Below, piece after piece: positions 20,792 to 32,172 of a DNA stretch of 64,000 nt (position 1 is the first letter of the stretch; the number at the start of each line of letters is the position of its first letter). A program made the position numbers and the translations under genes. The stretch comes from Nitrospirota bacterium (GTDB lineage Bacteria > Nitrospirota > UBA9217), in NCBI GenBank assembly GCA_963845065.1, contig CAWJQQ010000001.1:960001-1024000 (forward strand), given 5' to 3'. The notes under the pieces are model-generated. The model was not told the DNA's origin. It did no database searches and worked only from the letters and a program-made list of their open reading frames with translations.

Positions 20792-22177
20792 TCAATTGTT
20801 CTCCGTGACCTCTCGAATGGAAGTGTAAATGATTTGAAGCATGCGATTCAGTTCCTTCAAGGATATTGAAAGCGGCGGCATGATTACGATCACATTGCCA
20901 AGCGGTCGAATGATGAGGCCCCGCTTCATGCACTCAACAATTACTTTAGTACCAATTTTCGTTTCCAAGGGATAGGGTTGCTTCGACATCCTGTTTTTTA
21001 CCAGCTCGATGCCGACCATGAGACCTTTCTGCCTGATGTCACCTACGTGTTCCAGCGCTTTGAACTGTTTTAGGCCTTTTGAGAATTCGGTTATCTTCGG
21101 CTGAATCTTCGAGAGGATATTCTCCTTTTGATACAGGTCGATGCTGGCTATTGCTGAAGCGCAGGCGAGTGGGTTGCCGGTATAGGTATGGCCATGGAAA
21201 AAGGTCTTGAACTCCGAGTAATCGCCTAGGAAGCCCCCGTAGATGTCGTCGGTTGTGAGCGTGGCCGCAAGCGGAAGGTATCCACCGGTGATACCTTTTG
21301 CTAAGCACAGGATATCCGGTGATACTCGTTCATGTTCACACGCGAACATTTTCCCCGTTCGACCGAAACCGGTTGCGACCTCATCGGCGATCATTAATAC
21401 ATTGTATTTCGTGCAAAGTTCCCTGATTTTCCTCAGATAGCCTGGCGGCTGCATCAACATGCCAGCCGCACCCTGTACCAGGGGTTCGATGATCAACGCG
21501 GCGGTTACAGAGGAATATTTCTGGATCGTTTTTTCGGCGTACACAAAACAGGTGTTCTGGCATTCCGGGTGGTTCAGCCCATACTTGCACCGATAGCAGT
21601 GCGGCGATTCAATCTTATAGGTATGAAAGAGGAGTTGTTTATAAATAGTGTGGAAGAGATTAATGCCTCCCACGCTTACAGACCCTATAGTGTCGCCGTG
21701 ATATGCCTCAGTGAGTGAAATGAACCCCGTCTTTTTTTGATACTGGATGCCCTTCTGTTGCCAGTATTGAAAGGCGATCTTCAGTGCGATCTCCACGGAA
21801 GTGGAACCACTGTCGGAATAAAAAACCTTCGTAAGACCTTTTGGAGCGATCTTAATCAGCTTTTCGGCAAGGCGTACAGCCGGAACATTTGATAGTCCGA
21901 GCATGGTGGAATGGCCGATTTGCTTAAGTTGTGTCAAAACGGCAGTATCAATTTCTTTTTTCCGGTGACCATGAACCGTGACCCAGAGTGAGGATACTCC
22001 GTCGATGTAGCGTTTGCCGTGAATATCGGTGAGCGTGCATCCTTTGCCGCTCTCGATAATAATCTGTTTTTCTTTTTCCCAGTCCTGCATCTGGGTAAAA
22101 GGATGCCAGATATATTTTTTATCGAGTTTTTCCAACTCATGTGCGGCATGTTGTTTTCTCGAGCGTAGACGCGCCAA
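20792..22177 (-). CDS. bioA: Adenosylmethionine-8-amino-7-oxononanoate aminotransferase
   Basis: WHPFTQM, SSLWV, YHGDT, ADEVATGFGRTG, AKGITGGYLP, FFHGHTYTGNP. Confidence 0.95.
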   Translation of the reverse strand: MARLRSRKQHAAHELEKLDKKYIWHPFTQMQDWEKEKQIIIESGKGCTLTDIHGKRYIDGVSSLWVTVHGHRKKEIDTAVLTQLKQIGHSTMLGLSNVPAVRLAEKLIKIAPKGLTKVFYSDSGSTSVEIALKIAFQYWQQKGIQYQKKTGFISLTEAYHGDTIGSVSVGGINLFHTIYKQLLFHTYKIESPHCYRCKYGLNHPECQNTCFVYAEKTIQKYSSVTAALIIEPLVQGAAGMLMQPPGYLRKIRELCTKYNVLMIADEVATGFGRTGKMFACEHERVSPDILCLAKGITGGYLPLAATLTTDDIYGGFLGDYSEFKTFFHGHTYTGNPLACASAIASIDLYQKENILSKIQPKITEFSKGLKQFKALEHVGDIRQKGLMVGIELVKNRMSKQPYPLETKIGTKVIVECMKRGLIIRPLGNVIVIMPPLSISLKELNRMLQIIYTSIREVTENN

Positions 22178-22223
22178 AGTAGGATTATCCTCTTTTTTTC
22201 AGTTTGGATAAAATCTGCCCGAT

Positions 22224-22294
22224 ATTATAGTTAGTACGCTATTTTTGTCAATAATAAAAAGGGCTTGAAAACTCTCACTTCTTTCTGGTAAGAT
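22224..22294. promoter_or_regulatory. Divergent sigma70 promoters for bioA (-) and degQ (+)
   Basis: Minus strand TTGACA-16-TATAAT (22251-22224); plus strand TTGAAA-18-TAAGAT (22265-22294). Confidence 0.6.
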
Positions 22295-22376
22295 AGCTAC
22301 TCGGGAAGAATGCATTCTAATCCATGCCGTGCCAAAATCGTTTGCCCCCAACCAAGCTGGAGGTTAGTTCGTAATT

Positions 22377-23879
22377 ATGCCTAATAAGAGGAAATACTTT
22401 CTATCAGCTGCATTTATACTTGTTCTTGGCGTGTTTGTAGGACTTATTTTGTCATCTCATATTGGTATCATGTCTTCGCTGCCTGCCAAGAGCCAGTTAT
22501 CACCTAAATCGGTAGACATCCTGACACGGCTAAGCGACGCACAGTCTGAGGTCGCAGCCATGGCAACACCGTCGGTGGTGAATATCTCGACGACCAGGGT
22601 GATTAAATCGCGGGAAGAGGCGCCATTCGATCTTTTCGACGACCCGTTCTTCAAGAGGTTTTTTGGTGACCAGTTCCCTCACCCCAATGTTCCAAAGGAA
22701 CACAAAGAGCAAAGCCTGGGGTCGGGTGTGATCGTATCTGAAGACGGTTATATCATCACGAACAACCATGTGATAGAAAAGGCACAGGAGATAAAAGTGC
22801 TTCTCTCGAATAAGAAGGATTATAACGCCAAACTTGTAGGCGCTGACCCGAAGACCGATATCGCCGTAATCAAAATCGACGGCAAAGGTTTGCCGGCGCT
22901 GCCTTGGGGCGATTCCAATAAATTGAAGGTGGGCGAGATCGTGTTCGCGATCGGGAACCCCTTCGGGCTTAATCAGACAGTAACGATGGGGATAATAAGC
23001 GCTGTCGGACGGGCCAATGTGGGTATTGCTGATTACGAGGACTTCATCCAAACCGACGCGGCCATCAACCCTGGAAATTCCGGCGGAGCTCTTATCAACG
23101 CGCGAGGTGAACTGATCGGCATCAATACCGCAATCCTGTCTCGGACTGGCGGTTATCAGGGCATTGGGTTCGCCGTGCCGAGTAGTATGGCGCGGCAGGT
23201 TATGGACAGTCTTGAAAAATACAAAAAAGTTGTGCGCGGATGGCTTGGTGTCAGTATCCAGGAGGTCACGTCCGATCTCGCCGAGGAGTTCGGCGTCAAG
23301 GACTTGAAAGGCGCGCTCGTGAGTGGTGTGATGAAGGGAAGTCCAGCGGAAAAGGCGGGAATTAAACAGGGAGACGTGATCCTTCAGTACAACGGCAAGG
23401 ACGTCGAGGACACTGGACATCTGAGGAATATGGTTTCTGAGACGCCAATCGGCACTGTTGTAAAAGTCAAGGTTCTCCGTCAAAAGAATGAAATAGAACT
23501 GGACGTCGTCGTTACTGAATTGCCGAAAAAGATGGCTGAAGAATCGGCCGAGGATGAAGAGCTGGGCAACGCCACGAATCAAGAAGAAAGTACGGCCTTG
23601 GCCGGGCTGGTTGTTCGTCAGCTGACGCCGGATCTCGCGCAACGATTCGGTTATGATGAAAATGAAAAGGGTGTCGTGGTTGTCAGGGTTGAAGCTGGCA
23701 GCAAAATCGATGAAGCAGGGATCAAAACGGGAGATCTCATTCTCCAAATAAACCAGAAAAAAGTCGCAACGATAGAAGAATATAAAAAAACGTCATCAAA
23801 AATCAATGCAAAAGAAAGAATACTGCTTCTCATAAGCAGGATGGGACAAGACCTGTTCGTAACCGTCAGGCCTGAATAA
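22377..23879 (+). CDS. Do/DegQ-family periplasmic serine protease with 2 PDZ domains
   Basis: N-terminal TM/signal, TNNHV, DIAV, QTDAAINPGNSGG. Confidence 0.95.
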   Translation: MPNKRKYFLSAAFILVLGVFVGLILSSHIGIMSSLPAKSQLSPKSVDILTRLSDAQSEVAAMATPSVVNISTTRVIKSREEAPFDLFDDPFFKRFFGDQFPHPNVPKEHKEQSLGSGVIVSEDGYIITNNHVIEKAQEIKVLLSNKKDYNAKLVGADPKTDIAVIKIDGKGLPALPWGDSNKLKVGEIVFAIGNPFGLNQTVTMGIISAVGRANVGIADYEDFIQTDAAINPGNSGGALINARGELIGINTAILSRTGGYQGIGFAVPSSMARQVMDSLEKYKKVVRGWLGVSIQEVTSDLAEEFGVKDLKGALVSGVMKGSPAEKAGIKQGDVILQYNGKDVEDTGHLRNMVSETPIGTVVKVKVLRQKNEIELDVVVTELPKKMAEESAEDEELGNATNQEESTALAGLVVRQLTPDLAQRFGYDENEKGVVVVRVEAGSKIDEAGIKTGDLILQINQKKVATIEEYKKTSSKINAKERILLLISRMGQDLFVTVRPE

Positions 23880-23972
23880 CTCGAATTCCTTTCGCCGGAG
23901 TTGTTCCCTCAATCAACTGGTTAGTAATCCATAACATCCTATTAATTTCAGGCAGAAAAGGAGGTGAGAACG

Positions 23973-24992
23973 ATGGGACGTATACTTATTCGCATTCTAT
24001 TTGTTTTTTTGAGTACCCTGCTCGGGTACTATGTGGCTACGCAGCTTTATGATCAGGTCGGTAGGATCGAAGGCATGGTGGTAGGTTTCAGTGTAGCGGT
24101 ATTGATTATCCTTACCGAATTTTTGTTCAGACGTGTCTCATTAAAGGTTATCATCGGTGGCATTCTCGGATTTATCATCGGGCTGACATCCGCGAACATT
24201 ATTGCAGCCCCCCTCAAGCTCGTACCACTAGAAAGGAGCATTGTAAATTTTATCCTGCTCCTTATGAACGGTTTTTTTGGGTATATCGGCATTATGATTG
24301 GTATTCGGGAAGGTGAACGGTTTAATCCCGCCAACATCAAAAAGCTCTTTAAAAGCGGCGGCGAAGAGAATATTAAAATCATGGATACGAGTGTGATCAT
24401 TGACGGTCGGATTGCCGACGTGTGTGAGACAGAGTTTCTAGACGGTACCATCATTATTCCTCAGTTTATTTTGCACGAGCTTCAGCATATTGCTGATTCT
24501 TCGGATTCGCTAAAGCGGGCACGCGGCAGAAGGGGACTTGATATTCTTCACCGTATCCAAAAAATGAGCCACATGGAAGTCCGTATCGTCGAAGAGGACT
24601 TTCCCAAGATACGTGAGGTCGACAGTAAACTGATCGCACTGGCAAAAAAACTTGGTGCAAAAGTCATTACCAATGATTTTAACTTGAACAAGGTTGCGGA
24701 ACTTCAAGGTGTGAAGGTGCTGAATATCAACGATCTCTCGAACGCCGTGAAGCCGATTGCCCTTCCCGGAGAGAGCATGCGCGTCTTCGTATTAAAAGAA
24801 GGCAAAGAACAGGGCCAGGGAGTTGCTTATCTTGATGATGGTACGATGATCGTGGTTGAGAATGGGCGAAAGTATCTAAGCAAGAATGTAGATGTAGCAG
24901 TCACCAGTGTGCTCCAGACTGCGGCAGGCAGGATGATTTTCACAAAGCTGAGGGAAGACATGGAGCAAGATTTACAGACTGCGGAACGTTAA
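23973..24992 (+). CDS. Membrane PIN/TRAM domain protein (YacL-like)
   Basis: 4 TM segments, DTSVIIDGRI, RGRRGLD, TNDFNLNK, YLDDGTM, QTAAGRMIF. Confidence 0.92.
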   Translation: MGRILIRILFVFLSTLLGYYVATQLYDQVGRIEGMVVGFSVAVLIILTEFLFRRVSLKVIIGGILGFIIGLTSANIIAAPLKLVPLERSIVNFILLLMNGFFGYIGIMIGIREGERFNPANIKKLFKSGGEENIKIMDTSVIIDGRIADVCETEFLDGTIIIPQFILHELQHIADSSDSLKRARGRRGLDILHRIQKMSHMEVRIVEEDFPKIREVDSKLIALAKKLGAKVITNDFNLNKVAELQGVKVLNINDLSNAVKPIALPGESMRVFVLKEGKEQGQGVAYLDDGTMIVVENGRKYLSKNVDVAVTSVLQTAAGRMIFTKLREDMEQDLQTAER

Positions 24993-25102
24993 TCATGCCA
25001 GGAGACAGACACAATAGACGGTAGTAAGGAATGAATTAATGGCTGTCCAGATTTTCCTAGATTACAAGATATTGTAAAGTATTTTCTATTTCAGGAGGCT
25101 CA

Positions 25103-25846
25103 ATGTCAGGCCATTCAAAATGGGCAACGACGAAACACAAGAAAGCTGCTACTGATGCGAAGCGGGGGAAAATATTTACCAAACTTGCTAAAGAGATAAC
25201 GGTTGCGGCCAAGCTAGGAGGCGGTGACCCGAATGGGAACCCTCGCCTCAGGACCGCGGTCGCCAAGGCAAAGGGAGTGAGCCTGCCAGCAGAAAATATT
25301 AAGCGTGCGATCCAGAAAGGGACGGGCGAACTGCCAGGAGTTTCCTACGAAGAGGTCATGTATGAAGGATATGGTCCGGCAGGAGTAGCGGTCATTGTCG
25401 ATGTCATGACCGACAACAGGAACAGGACGGTATCGGAGATCCGGAATATTTTTAGCAAAGCCGGCGGAAATATGGGAGAGGCCGGTTGTGTAGCCTGGAT
25501 GTTCCACAAAAAAGGATATCTAGTTATCAATCGTTCCAAGGTTGATGAAGACAAGCTCATGACACTCGCCCTCGAAGCAGGAGCCGAAGACATGCAAACC
25601 GAGGAGGAAAATTACGTTGTCACGACACCTCCGCACGATTTTGAAAATGTGAAAAAAGTACTCGAGGATGCTGGCGTTGCTCCAGACGTAGCTGAGATAA
25701 CGATGATTCCACAAACCTACGTAAAACTTGATAACAAAGAAGCCCAACAGATGCTGCGTCTCGTTGAAACGCTTGAGGACAACGATGACGTACAAAACGT
25801 TTATGCTAACTTCGATATTCCCGAGGAAATCATGAATGCTGTGTAG
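25103..25846 (+). CDS. yebC: YebC/PmpR family protein
   Basis: MSGHSKW, YEGYGP, TDNRNRT, DDVQNVY. Confidence 0.96.
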   Translation: MSGHSKWATTKHKKAATDAKRGKIFTKLAKEITVAAKLGGGDPNGNPRLRTAVAKAKGVSLPAENIKRAIQKGTGELPGVSYEEVMYEGYGPAGVAVIVDVMTDNRNRTVSEIRNIFSKAGGNMGEAGCVAWMFHKKGYLVINRSKVDEDKLMTLALEAGAEDMQTEEENYVVTTPPHDFENVKKVLEDAGVAPDVAEITMIPQTYVKLDNKEAQQMLRLVETLEDNDDVQNVYANFDIPEEIMNAV

Positions 25847-25987
25847 TTTGCTGGCAAGGAATGCCGAAACGGATAGTGGCAGTTTAATTTGGGGAAATGA
25901 ATGTAGTTTTCTCCCATTCTGTATTTTTCAATAACCAATCTTCAAGCTTCAATTATTCAATGTATTCAGTTCTACTAAGGGGGGCTC

Positions 25988-26563
25988 ATGAGAGTGTTAG
26001 GAATAGACCCGGGAACGTTGACCAGCGGTTATGGAATCGTGGCGGAAGAAGATCACAAACTTTTTCATGTTGTTTCGGGGGGTATCAGTCCCTCGGCAAA
26101 ACAGCCATTCCCGAAACGGCTTAAAAAAATCTATGAAGAGCTCGAAAAGATTATCGACAAGTATCGACCAAATGTTATTGTTGTCGAAGACCTATTTGTT
26201 TCGAAAAATATAAAATCGGCACTCAAACTTGGGCACGCGCGGGGCGTCGCAATTCTCGCAGCTATGAATGCCGGATTGCCGGTTTTCGAATATGCTCCGT
26301 TGGAAGTGAAGCAGGCGGTCGTTGGCCACGGTAAAGCTGAAAAGAAGCAGGTGCAGCTCATGGTCAAGGCCCTGCTTGATCTTCCCAAAGTGCCTCATCC
26401 AGCCGATGCCGCCGATGCGCTCGCCGCGGCGATCTGTCACATTCATTCTTCCAGGCTCCGGGAAACACTCAAGAATTCTGCATCATTGAAACAAACGGGC
26501 AGAGGGGGTAGTGCGCTGAGGCGGCGTACGAACAACCGAACCATCCCATCGGGGCAGCGGTAG
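25988..26563 (+). CDS. ruvC: Holliday junction resolvase
   Basis: LGIDPG, LGHARG, VKQAVVG.G.A.K, DAADALA. Confidence 0.96.
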   Translation: MRVLGIDPGTLTSGYGIVAEEDHKLFHVVSGGISPSAKQPFPKRLKKIYEELEKIIDKYRPNVIVVEDLFVSKNIKSALKLGHARGVAILAAMNAGLPVFEYAPLEVKQAVVGHGKAEKKQVQLMVKALLDLPKVPHPADAADALAAAICHIHSSRLRETLKNSASLKQTGRGGSALRRRTNNRTIPSGQR

Positions 26564-26572
26564 GCTAATAGA

Positions 26573-27172
26573 ATGATAGCTTCTCTCACGGGCAGACTAA
26601 GACGCAAAGCGAACGATTATCTGATTGTCGATGTTGCCGGAGTCGGCTATCAAGTGCAGGTTCCGCTTTCAACCTACTGTCGCATTCCCGAAGTCGGCGA
26701 CGAAATAAGCCTGAATATCCATACGTACGTCCGCGAAGATTCACTGTCCCTGTTCGGTTTTTTGGAACAATCCGAAAAAGAGATGTTTCTTCTTCTTATG
26801 GGCGTATCCGGTATTGGTCCCAAGCTCGCCCTTTCAGTGTTGTCCTGCTTATCAGTTGACGATCTTTGCTCTGCTATCTATTCTTCCGACGATTCAAAGT
26901 TGTGCACGATTTCTGGCATTGGTAGGAAAACGGCAGCACGAATGGTCCTCGAATTAAAGGACAAAGTAAAACTTCTGGCCATGGACCGACCAAAGATGGG
27001 TATGATGCCCGTAGGGGCAGATGATGTGGAAGATGCCATTTCCGCTCTTGTGAACCTTGGATATAAAAAGCCTCTCGCGGAAGACGTGTTAAAAAAAATC
27101 AAGCAAAAAAAGCCGGGTTCCGTAATCGAAGATCTTATCCGGGAAGCATTGAGCGTTTTGATGAAAAAGTGA
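26573..27172 (+). CDS. ruvA: Holliday junction branch migration protein
   Basis: GVGY, VRED, VSGIGPKLA, GIGRKTA, ALVNLGY. Confidence 0.96.
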   Translation: MIASLTGRLRRKANDYLIVDVAGVGYQVQVPLSTYCRIPEVGDEISLNIHTYVREDSLSLFGFLEQSEKEMFLLLMGVSGIGPKLALSVLSCLSVDDLCSAIYSSDDSKLCTISGIGRKTAARMVLELKDKVKLLAMDRPKMGMMPVGADDVEDAISALVNLGYKKPLAEDVLKKIKQKKPGSVIEDLIREALSVLMKK

Positions 27173-27239
27173 TCTCATCAAAAGCAGTTGGTTCAGTTCT
27201 ATTTCCTGACTGCGCTTCAGTATAAGGGAGAAGTAATAG

Positions 27240-28259
27240 GTGGCTGAGAGAATCATAGAGCCCGAACAAAATGAAGAAGATGTGCAGCTTGATAGAAGCC
27301 TGAGACCGCTCCGATTCGAAGACTTCGTTGGCCAAGATCGAATCAAGGAGAATCTCCACATATTCATTGAAGCCGCAAAGGGGCGGGGTGAGGCACTTGA
27401 CCATGTCCTTTTCTGCGGACCGCCAGGCCTCGGCAAAACGACACTGGCTAATATCATCGCACATGAGATGGGCGTGAGTATCAGGTCGACTTCCGGACCT
27501 GTACTAGAGCGTGCCGGCGACCTGGCAGCAATTCTGACCAACCTTGAAGACCACGATGTCCTTTTCATCGACGAGATTCACCGCCTGAATCATGTTGTGG
27601 AGGAGATTCTCTACCCGGCAATGGAGGATTTCCAGCTTGACATCATTGTCGGTCAGGGCCCGGGGGCGCGTTCCATTAAGCTCGAGTTGCCACGCTTCAC
27701 GCTTGTAGGTGCCACTACGAGGACTGGTCTCCTCACCTCTCCACTCCGCGATCGCTTCGGTGTGATCGACCGACTCAGTTTTTATGACTCTGATGAACTC
27801 ACGAGCATTGTAAGGCGCTCAGCTGGTCTCTTTCAGACGACAATTGATGATTCGGCGGCTGCAGAAATAGCTCGGCGCTCGAGGGGAACTCCTCGTGTTG
27901 CTAACCGGCTTCTCCGCAGGGTACGAGATTTTGCCCAGGTCGAAGGAGACGGGACTATCACTCTGAATCTCGTCGTCAGCTCCATGAAACGGCTGGAGGT
28001 TGATGAAAAAGGGTTCGATCATATGGATCGCAAACTTCTCCTCACCATCATAGACAAATTTGAGGGTGGGCCGGTGGGGCTTGATACTTTGGCGGCTGCC
28101 CTTAATGAAGAAAAGGACACGCTTGAAGACGTTTATGAACCGTTCTTGATCCAGGAAGGCTTTCTTGACAGGACCCCACGAGGCAGGCAGGCCACACGCC
28201 TCTCTTATGAATATTTCGGTAAAGAAAGACCCTCATCAGCCCAGGAGAAGCTCCTGTAA
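27240..28259 (+). CDS. ruvB: Holliday junction helicase
   Basis: [34 protein letters not shown]. Confidence 0.97.
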   Translation: MAERIIEPEQNEEDVQLDRSLRPLRFEDFVGQDRIKENLHIFIEAAKGRGEALDHVLFCGPPGLGKTTLANIIAHEMGVSIRSTSGPVLERAGDLAAILTNLEDHDVLFIDEIHRLNHVVEEILYPAMEDFQLDIIVGQGPGARSIKLELPRFTLVGATTRTGLLTSPLRDRFGVIDRLSFYDSDELTSIVRRSAGLFQTTIDDSAAAEIARRSRGTPRVANRLLRRVRDFAQVEGDGTITLNLVVSSMKRLEVDEKGFDHMDRKLLLTIIDKFEGGPVGLDTLAAALNEEKDTLEDVYEPFLIQEGFLDRTPRGRQATRLSYEYFGKERPSSAQEKLL

Positions 28260-28414
28260 ATCATCGGAAGGTTTCCGTAGCACCGGTCCCGTCATCATTA
28301 TTTTTAAACCGCGGGCTGCGTCAATCGTCTGCGTCCAGCTTTAGCCATTAACCAGCTAAGCGAGTACTGAGAAACAAAACAAAGAATACACTGGTCCTCT
28401 TGGGGAATTATATC

Positions 28415-28957
28415 GTGGAGATACTTTTTCATATATGCTGTGCACCTTGCGCTCTCTATCCCTATTACCGGCTGAAGGAAGAAGGGTACGACCCTACTGG
28501 GTATTTTTATAATCCCAATATCCACCCCTATCAAGAGTACAAAAAAAGACTTGATACTGTCAAAGATTTTTCAGGACGCGTAGGGCTCGAAGTCGTTTAC
28601 CGAGACGGATATGATCTCGATCAATTTCTTCTGCGTGTTGCTGGGAAGGGCGCCTTGAGGTGCGAACATTGTTATAGGATGAGACTCGATGCAGCGGGAG
28701 CAGCAGCAAAAGAAAAGGGTTTCCGCTTATTTACGACATCTCTCTTATACAGTAAGTATCAGAAACACGAATTGATTGTGGGCGTCGGGAGGGAAATGGC
28801 TTCAACCTACGGGCTCGAGTTTTATTATGAGGACTTTCGCAAGGGGTGGCGTGAAGGCATTGTGGAATCCAAAGCAATGGGGCTCTATCGGCAGCAGTAC
28901 TGCGGTTGCATATACAGCGAGCAGGATCGGTATCGTAAAAATCTGGACCTATCGTGA
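28415..28957 (+). CDS. queH: Epoxyqueuosine reductase
   Basis: HICCAPC, YNPNIHP, RC..CY..RL, YRQQYCGC. Confidence 0.92.
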   Translation: MEILFHICCAPCALYPYYRLKEEGYDPTGYFYNPNIHPYQEYKKRLDTVKDFSGRVGLEVVYRDGYDLDQFLLRVAGKGALRCEHCYRMRLDAAGAAAKEKGFRLFTTSLLYSKYQKHELIVGVGREMASTYGLEFYYEDFRKGWREGIVESKAMGLYRQQYCGCIYSEQDRYRKNLDLS

Positions 28958-28985
28958 GGTCTACTAGGGGACATTTCTCGCCAGT

Positions 28986-30062
28986 ATGCGTGTAATAATT
29001 GTTTTTTTCACTATCAGCCTGTTTAGTATTCCTGCTGTAACGCTTGGGTCTGAAACTATCCGCGTTGCCATAGCTGACAATCAGAAAAAGGTATCACTCC
29101 AGTCATCATCGGGACTGATCTCCGCTGGTCAATCAACAAGCCACGGTAAAACAAAGGTACTCTACAGCACGATTTCATTCGGCACGCGTCCTGTGCGCTT
29201 GAGGTCCGCTGGCGTGGTAATCCAGGTGAACGGCAAAGGATACCGTGGTTGGGTGGAAATCAGAAAAAAGAAAAACGGTCTGCTTCTTGTCGTGAATGAA
29301 CTGGATATCGAGGAGTACCTAAAGGGCGTAGTGGCTGCCGAGATACCGCCGGATTGGAAATTCGAAGCGCTGAAGGCCCAGGCAGTAGCATCACGTACGT
29401 ATGCTCTCTACCAAAAACAGTCAGCTGGCAACAAGCTGTATCACATTCTGGCCACTGTAGACAGCCAGGTTTATTCTGGGAATAGAGTAGAGCGTCCGCA
29501 AACGGTTCGTGCTGTTAGAGAGACGAGAGGCATTGTCATAACGTATCAGGGCAAGATCATCCCCGCGTTCTATCATTCGAGTTGCGGTGGACACACAGAA
29601 AATGCAGCTGAACTTTGGGGGATCGACGAACCGTACCTCAAAGGTGTGGATTGCGATTGTCAGGAAATATCGAAATATGGACAATGGGAGAAACGGGTGC
29701 CTCTTTCTCAGGTGATCGGCGCACTCAGGAAACAGGGATACCGGCTGCATGACATTCTTGATATGAGCATAGGAGACATCACTCCTGCCGGTCGTGTTAA
29801 GACAGTTACCATACTGCATAGTGGCGGCAAACTTGTGGTTCCTGCGGAAGATCTGAGAGCTACCCTTGGAAATACTCTGATTCCAAGTGTTTTTTTTGAG
29901 CTGGAGCTTTCCGAAAAGGAGGCTGTTTTTTCCGGAAGGGGAAAGGGACATGGCGTAGGCTTGTGCCAATGGGGCGCCGAAGACATGGCGCTCCGGGGAT
30001 ATGACTATAAAGCCATACTGGGCCACTATTATCCTGGCACGAAACTAACTAAAATTGAATAG
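28986..30062 (+). CDS. SpoIID/LytB domain protein
   Basis: EEYLKGVV..E, EALKAQAVASRTY, GHGVGLCQWGA, HYYPG. Confidence 0.93.
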   Translation: MRVIIVFFTISLFSIPAVTLGSETIRVAIADNQKKVSLQSSSGLISAGQSTSHGKTKVLYSTISFGTRPVRLRSAGVVIQVNGKGYRGWVEIRKKKNGLLLVVNELDIEEYLKGVVAAEIPPDWKFEALKAQAVASRTYALYQKQSAGNKLYHILATVDSQVYSGNRVERPQTVRAVRETRGIVITYQGKIIPAFYHSSCGGHTENAAELWGIDEPYLKGVDCDCQEISKYGQWEKRVPLSQVIGALRKQGYRLHDILDMSIGDITPAGRVKTVTILHSGGKLVVPAEDLRATLGNTLIPSVFFELELSEKEAVFSGRGKGHGVGLCQWGAEDMALRGYDYKAILGHYYPGTKLTKIE

Positions 30063-30097
30063 ACCCGCATAGAGGGAAGACCGGCATATCATTTTTC

Positions 30098-30127
30098 TTG
30101 ACAGCGAATCATTCTCGACTATACAAT
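30098..30127 (+). promoter_or_regulatory. sigma70 promoter, probable leaderless transcript
   Basis: TTGACA-18-TACAAT, 7 nt before ATG, no SD. Confidence 0.6.
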
Positions 30128-30134
30128 ATAACAT

Positions 30135-30926
30135 ATGAAAAAATCAAAAAAACAGAATAAGGTAGAGAGAACAACCAAAACGAACGTGACGATCGTCCCC
30201 TCGAACGGTCCATTTGTACTTATTTCCATGGCATTATCTCTCGTTCTTGTAGGCGTTTTTACAGTAGCCACATATGCAAGAAACAGCATCTATCACAGTC
30301 ATGTCACACTTTGGGCCGAAGTGGCCAAAATGTCACCGCATAAGCGGAGAGCCCATGAAAATTATGGTCAAGCGCTATCATCTGAGGGGTATTATAACGA
30401 AGCAGCAAAGCAGTTCAAGATTGTCATGGCACTGCCGGATGATGGCAGTGTTCCTCTTCGCGATTTGTACCGCGAAATCGGAGTCGTCGATTTCAGATTG
30501 GGATTGTTCAATGATGCCATTATCTCATGGGAAACGGGGTTGCGCTATGCGCCGAATGACCCCAGCCTTTTAAATAACCTTTCTATTGTATATATGCAAA
30601 CAGGGCGGTATGACGAAGCAGCGGCTGCTGCACAAACGGCTCTTGCAGGCGATCCATCGATGCCCCAGGCATTGAATACGATGGGGCAGATTTATCTTTT
30701 GAAAAAGGACTACAAAAAAGCAGTCGAGTATTTTCTTAAGGCTGTGGACCGTGAGCCTGACGTTCCGGCTCGGTATTGGAATGTCGCACTGGCCTTTGAA
30801 CAAGCAAAGAGGATCGACAAAGCCTATGAATATGCCCAGAAATATGCTGCCATGGAACCCGACCCTGCAGGAAGGCAGAGGGCATATGCATATATCGAGC
30901 ACCTCAAACAGCTGTTACACGGATAA
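30135..30926 (+). CDS. Membrane-anchored TPR protein
   Basis: One TM helix followed by several TPR-like repeats. Confidence 0.8.
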   Translation: MKKSKKQNKVERTTKTNVTIVPSNGPFVLISMALSLVLVGVFTVATYARNSIYHSHVTLWAEVAKMSPHKRRAHENYGQALSSEGYYNEAAKQFKIVMALPDDGSVPLRDLYREIGVVDFRLGLFNDAIISWETGLRYAPNDPSLLNNLSIVYMQTGRYDEAAAAAQTALAGDPSMPQALNTMGQIYLLKKDYKKAVEYFLKAVDREPDVPARYWNVALAFEQAKRIDKAYEYAQKYAAMEPDPAGRQRAYAYIEHLKQLLHG

Positions 30927-31177
30927 AAACATTCGTTGAGGTTTTGTTGTGGTTAAAGTGCCGATATCGGGTAATAAATTGACCTGAACAAGTTTTAAGT
31001 GTTGAAAAATCTTTACTTCGTCAACCTCAACAAACGTTTGCCTTTGCGACTGTGAAAACCTGATTTTTTTAAGGTAATCGCTTCCGGCCCCACGTCTCCT
31101 TTCATCCATTCCCTTGCAATTTCAGCCATGATAACATAGAATAAAAGTCAGCGACAGAAGTGCTCACCGCTAATTCT

Positions 31178-32059
31178 ATGGAATACGGGCTCCTCGAAAA
31201 ATTCATCAATTTTCTGGCTGTGGAGAAAGGGCTCGCGCGAAACACACTCGAATCCTATGGGCGAGACCTGCGAAAGTACCTTAATTTCATCAAAACAAAA
31301 AGGCCGGATGATATTTCCGCATCGGATGTTAAATCTTTTTTGACATGGCTATCATCGACGGGGATCGCTGCACCTTCAATCGCACGGTGTCTGGCCGCGA
31401 TACGAGGCTTTCATAAATACCTTATGACAGATGGACTCAGCAACAGGGACCCGACGATAACCATAGAAACACCGCGCGGATGGAAGCGTCTTCCCAAAAC
31501 GCTTTCTGTCGCTGATGTCGATGTACTGCTCAAACAACCTGATCCAACGACCCCTATCGGACTTCGGGATAAAGCGATGCTGGAGTTGCTCTATGCTACG
31601 GGGCTCCGGGTCAGCGAATTGGTCGGCCTCAAACTAAATGACATCAATCTCGAACGTGGCTTCCTCATCGTGATCGGAAAGGGATCGAAGGAACGAGCGG
31701 TCCCCTTGGGCGACACGGCAGTTTTCTATGTGCAAACCTATTTGGACCATGGGCGCTCCTTCCTGCTCAAGGGGAGTGAATCTGACCATCTGTTCATCAG
31801 TTCGAGACATCGGGGGATTACCCGACAGATGTTTTGGGAGCGGATCAAGCACTATACTCGGAGGGCCGGTATTGAACGGGTTGTCTCCCCCCACACTCTG
31901 CGTCATTCCTTCGCAACGCACCTGCTCGACAACGGGGCAGATCTTCGCGCAGTCCAGGCCATGCTCGGTCATTCAGATATTTCCACAACGCAGATTTACA
32001 CCCACGTATCCAGGGAACGGCTTAAGAAGATACATGAGAAGTACCACCCGAGGGGGTGA
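31178..32059 (+). CDS. xerD: Tyrosine recombinase XerD
   Basis: LYATGLRVSEL, GKGSKER, HTLRHSFATH, LGH, TTQIYTHV, YHPRG. Confidence 0.94.
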   Translation: MEYGLLEKFINFLAVEKGLARNTLESYGRDLRKYLNFIKTKRPDDISASDVKSFLTWLSSTGIAAPSIARCLAAIRGFHKYLMTDGLSNRDPTITIETPRGWKRLPKTLSVADVDVLLKQPDPTTPIGLRDKAMLELLYATGLRVSELVGLKLNDINLERGFLIVIGKGSKERAVPLGDTAVFYVQTYLDHGRSFLLKGSESDHLFISSRHRGITRQMFWERIKHYTRRAGIERVVSPHTLRHSFATHLLDNGADLRAVQAMLGHSDISTTQIYTHVSRERLKKIHEKYHPRG

Positions 32060-32172
32060 GAGTTCAGTAGATGGATGTAAGAGATGGTAGATAGGGGATA
32101 GGGCTCTCCAAACGCTAATGTTCGTTTTTCGCATTTCCCGTCTACCGCATTCTATCTGTTTTCCCTTAATTT

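Noticed and set aside
22530..23747. 405-aa antisense ORF
   Set aside because: Shadow of the degQ gene; no recognisable motifs
31178..32059. Integron or phage integrase
   Set aside because: Typical XerD length and C-terminus, no IntI insertion, no attC array or phage genes
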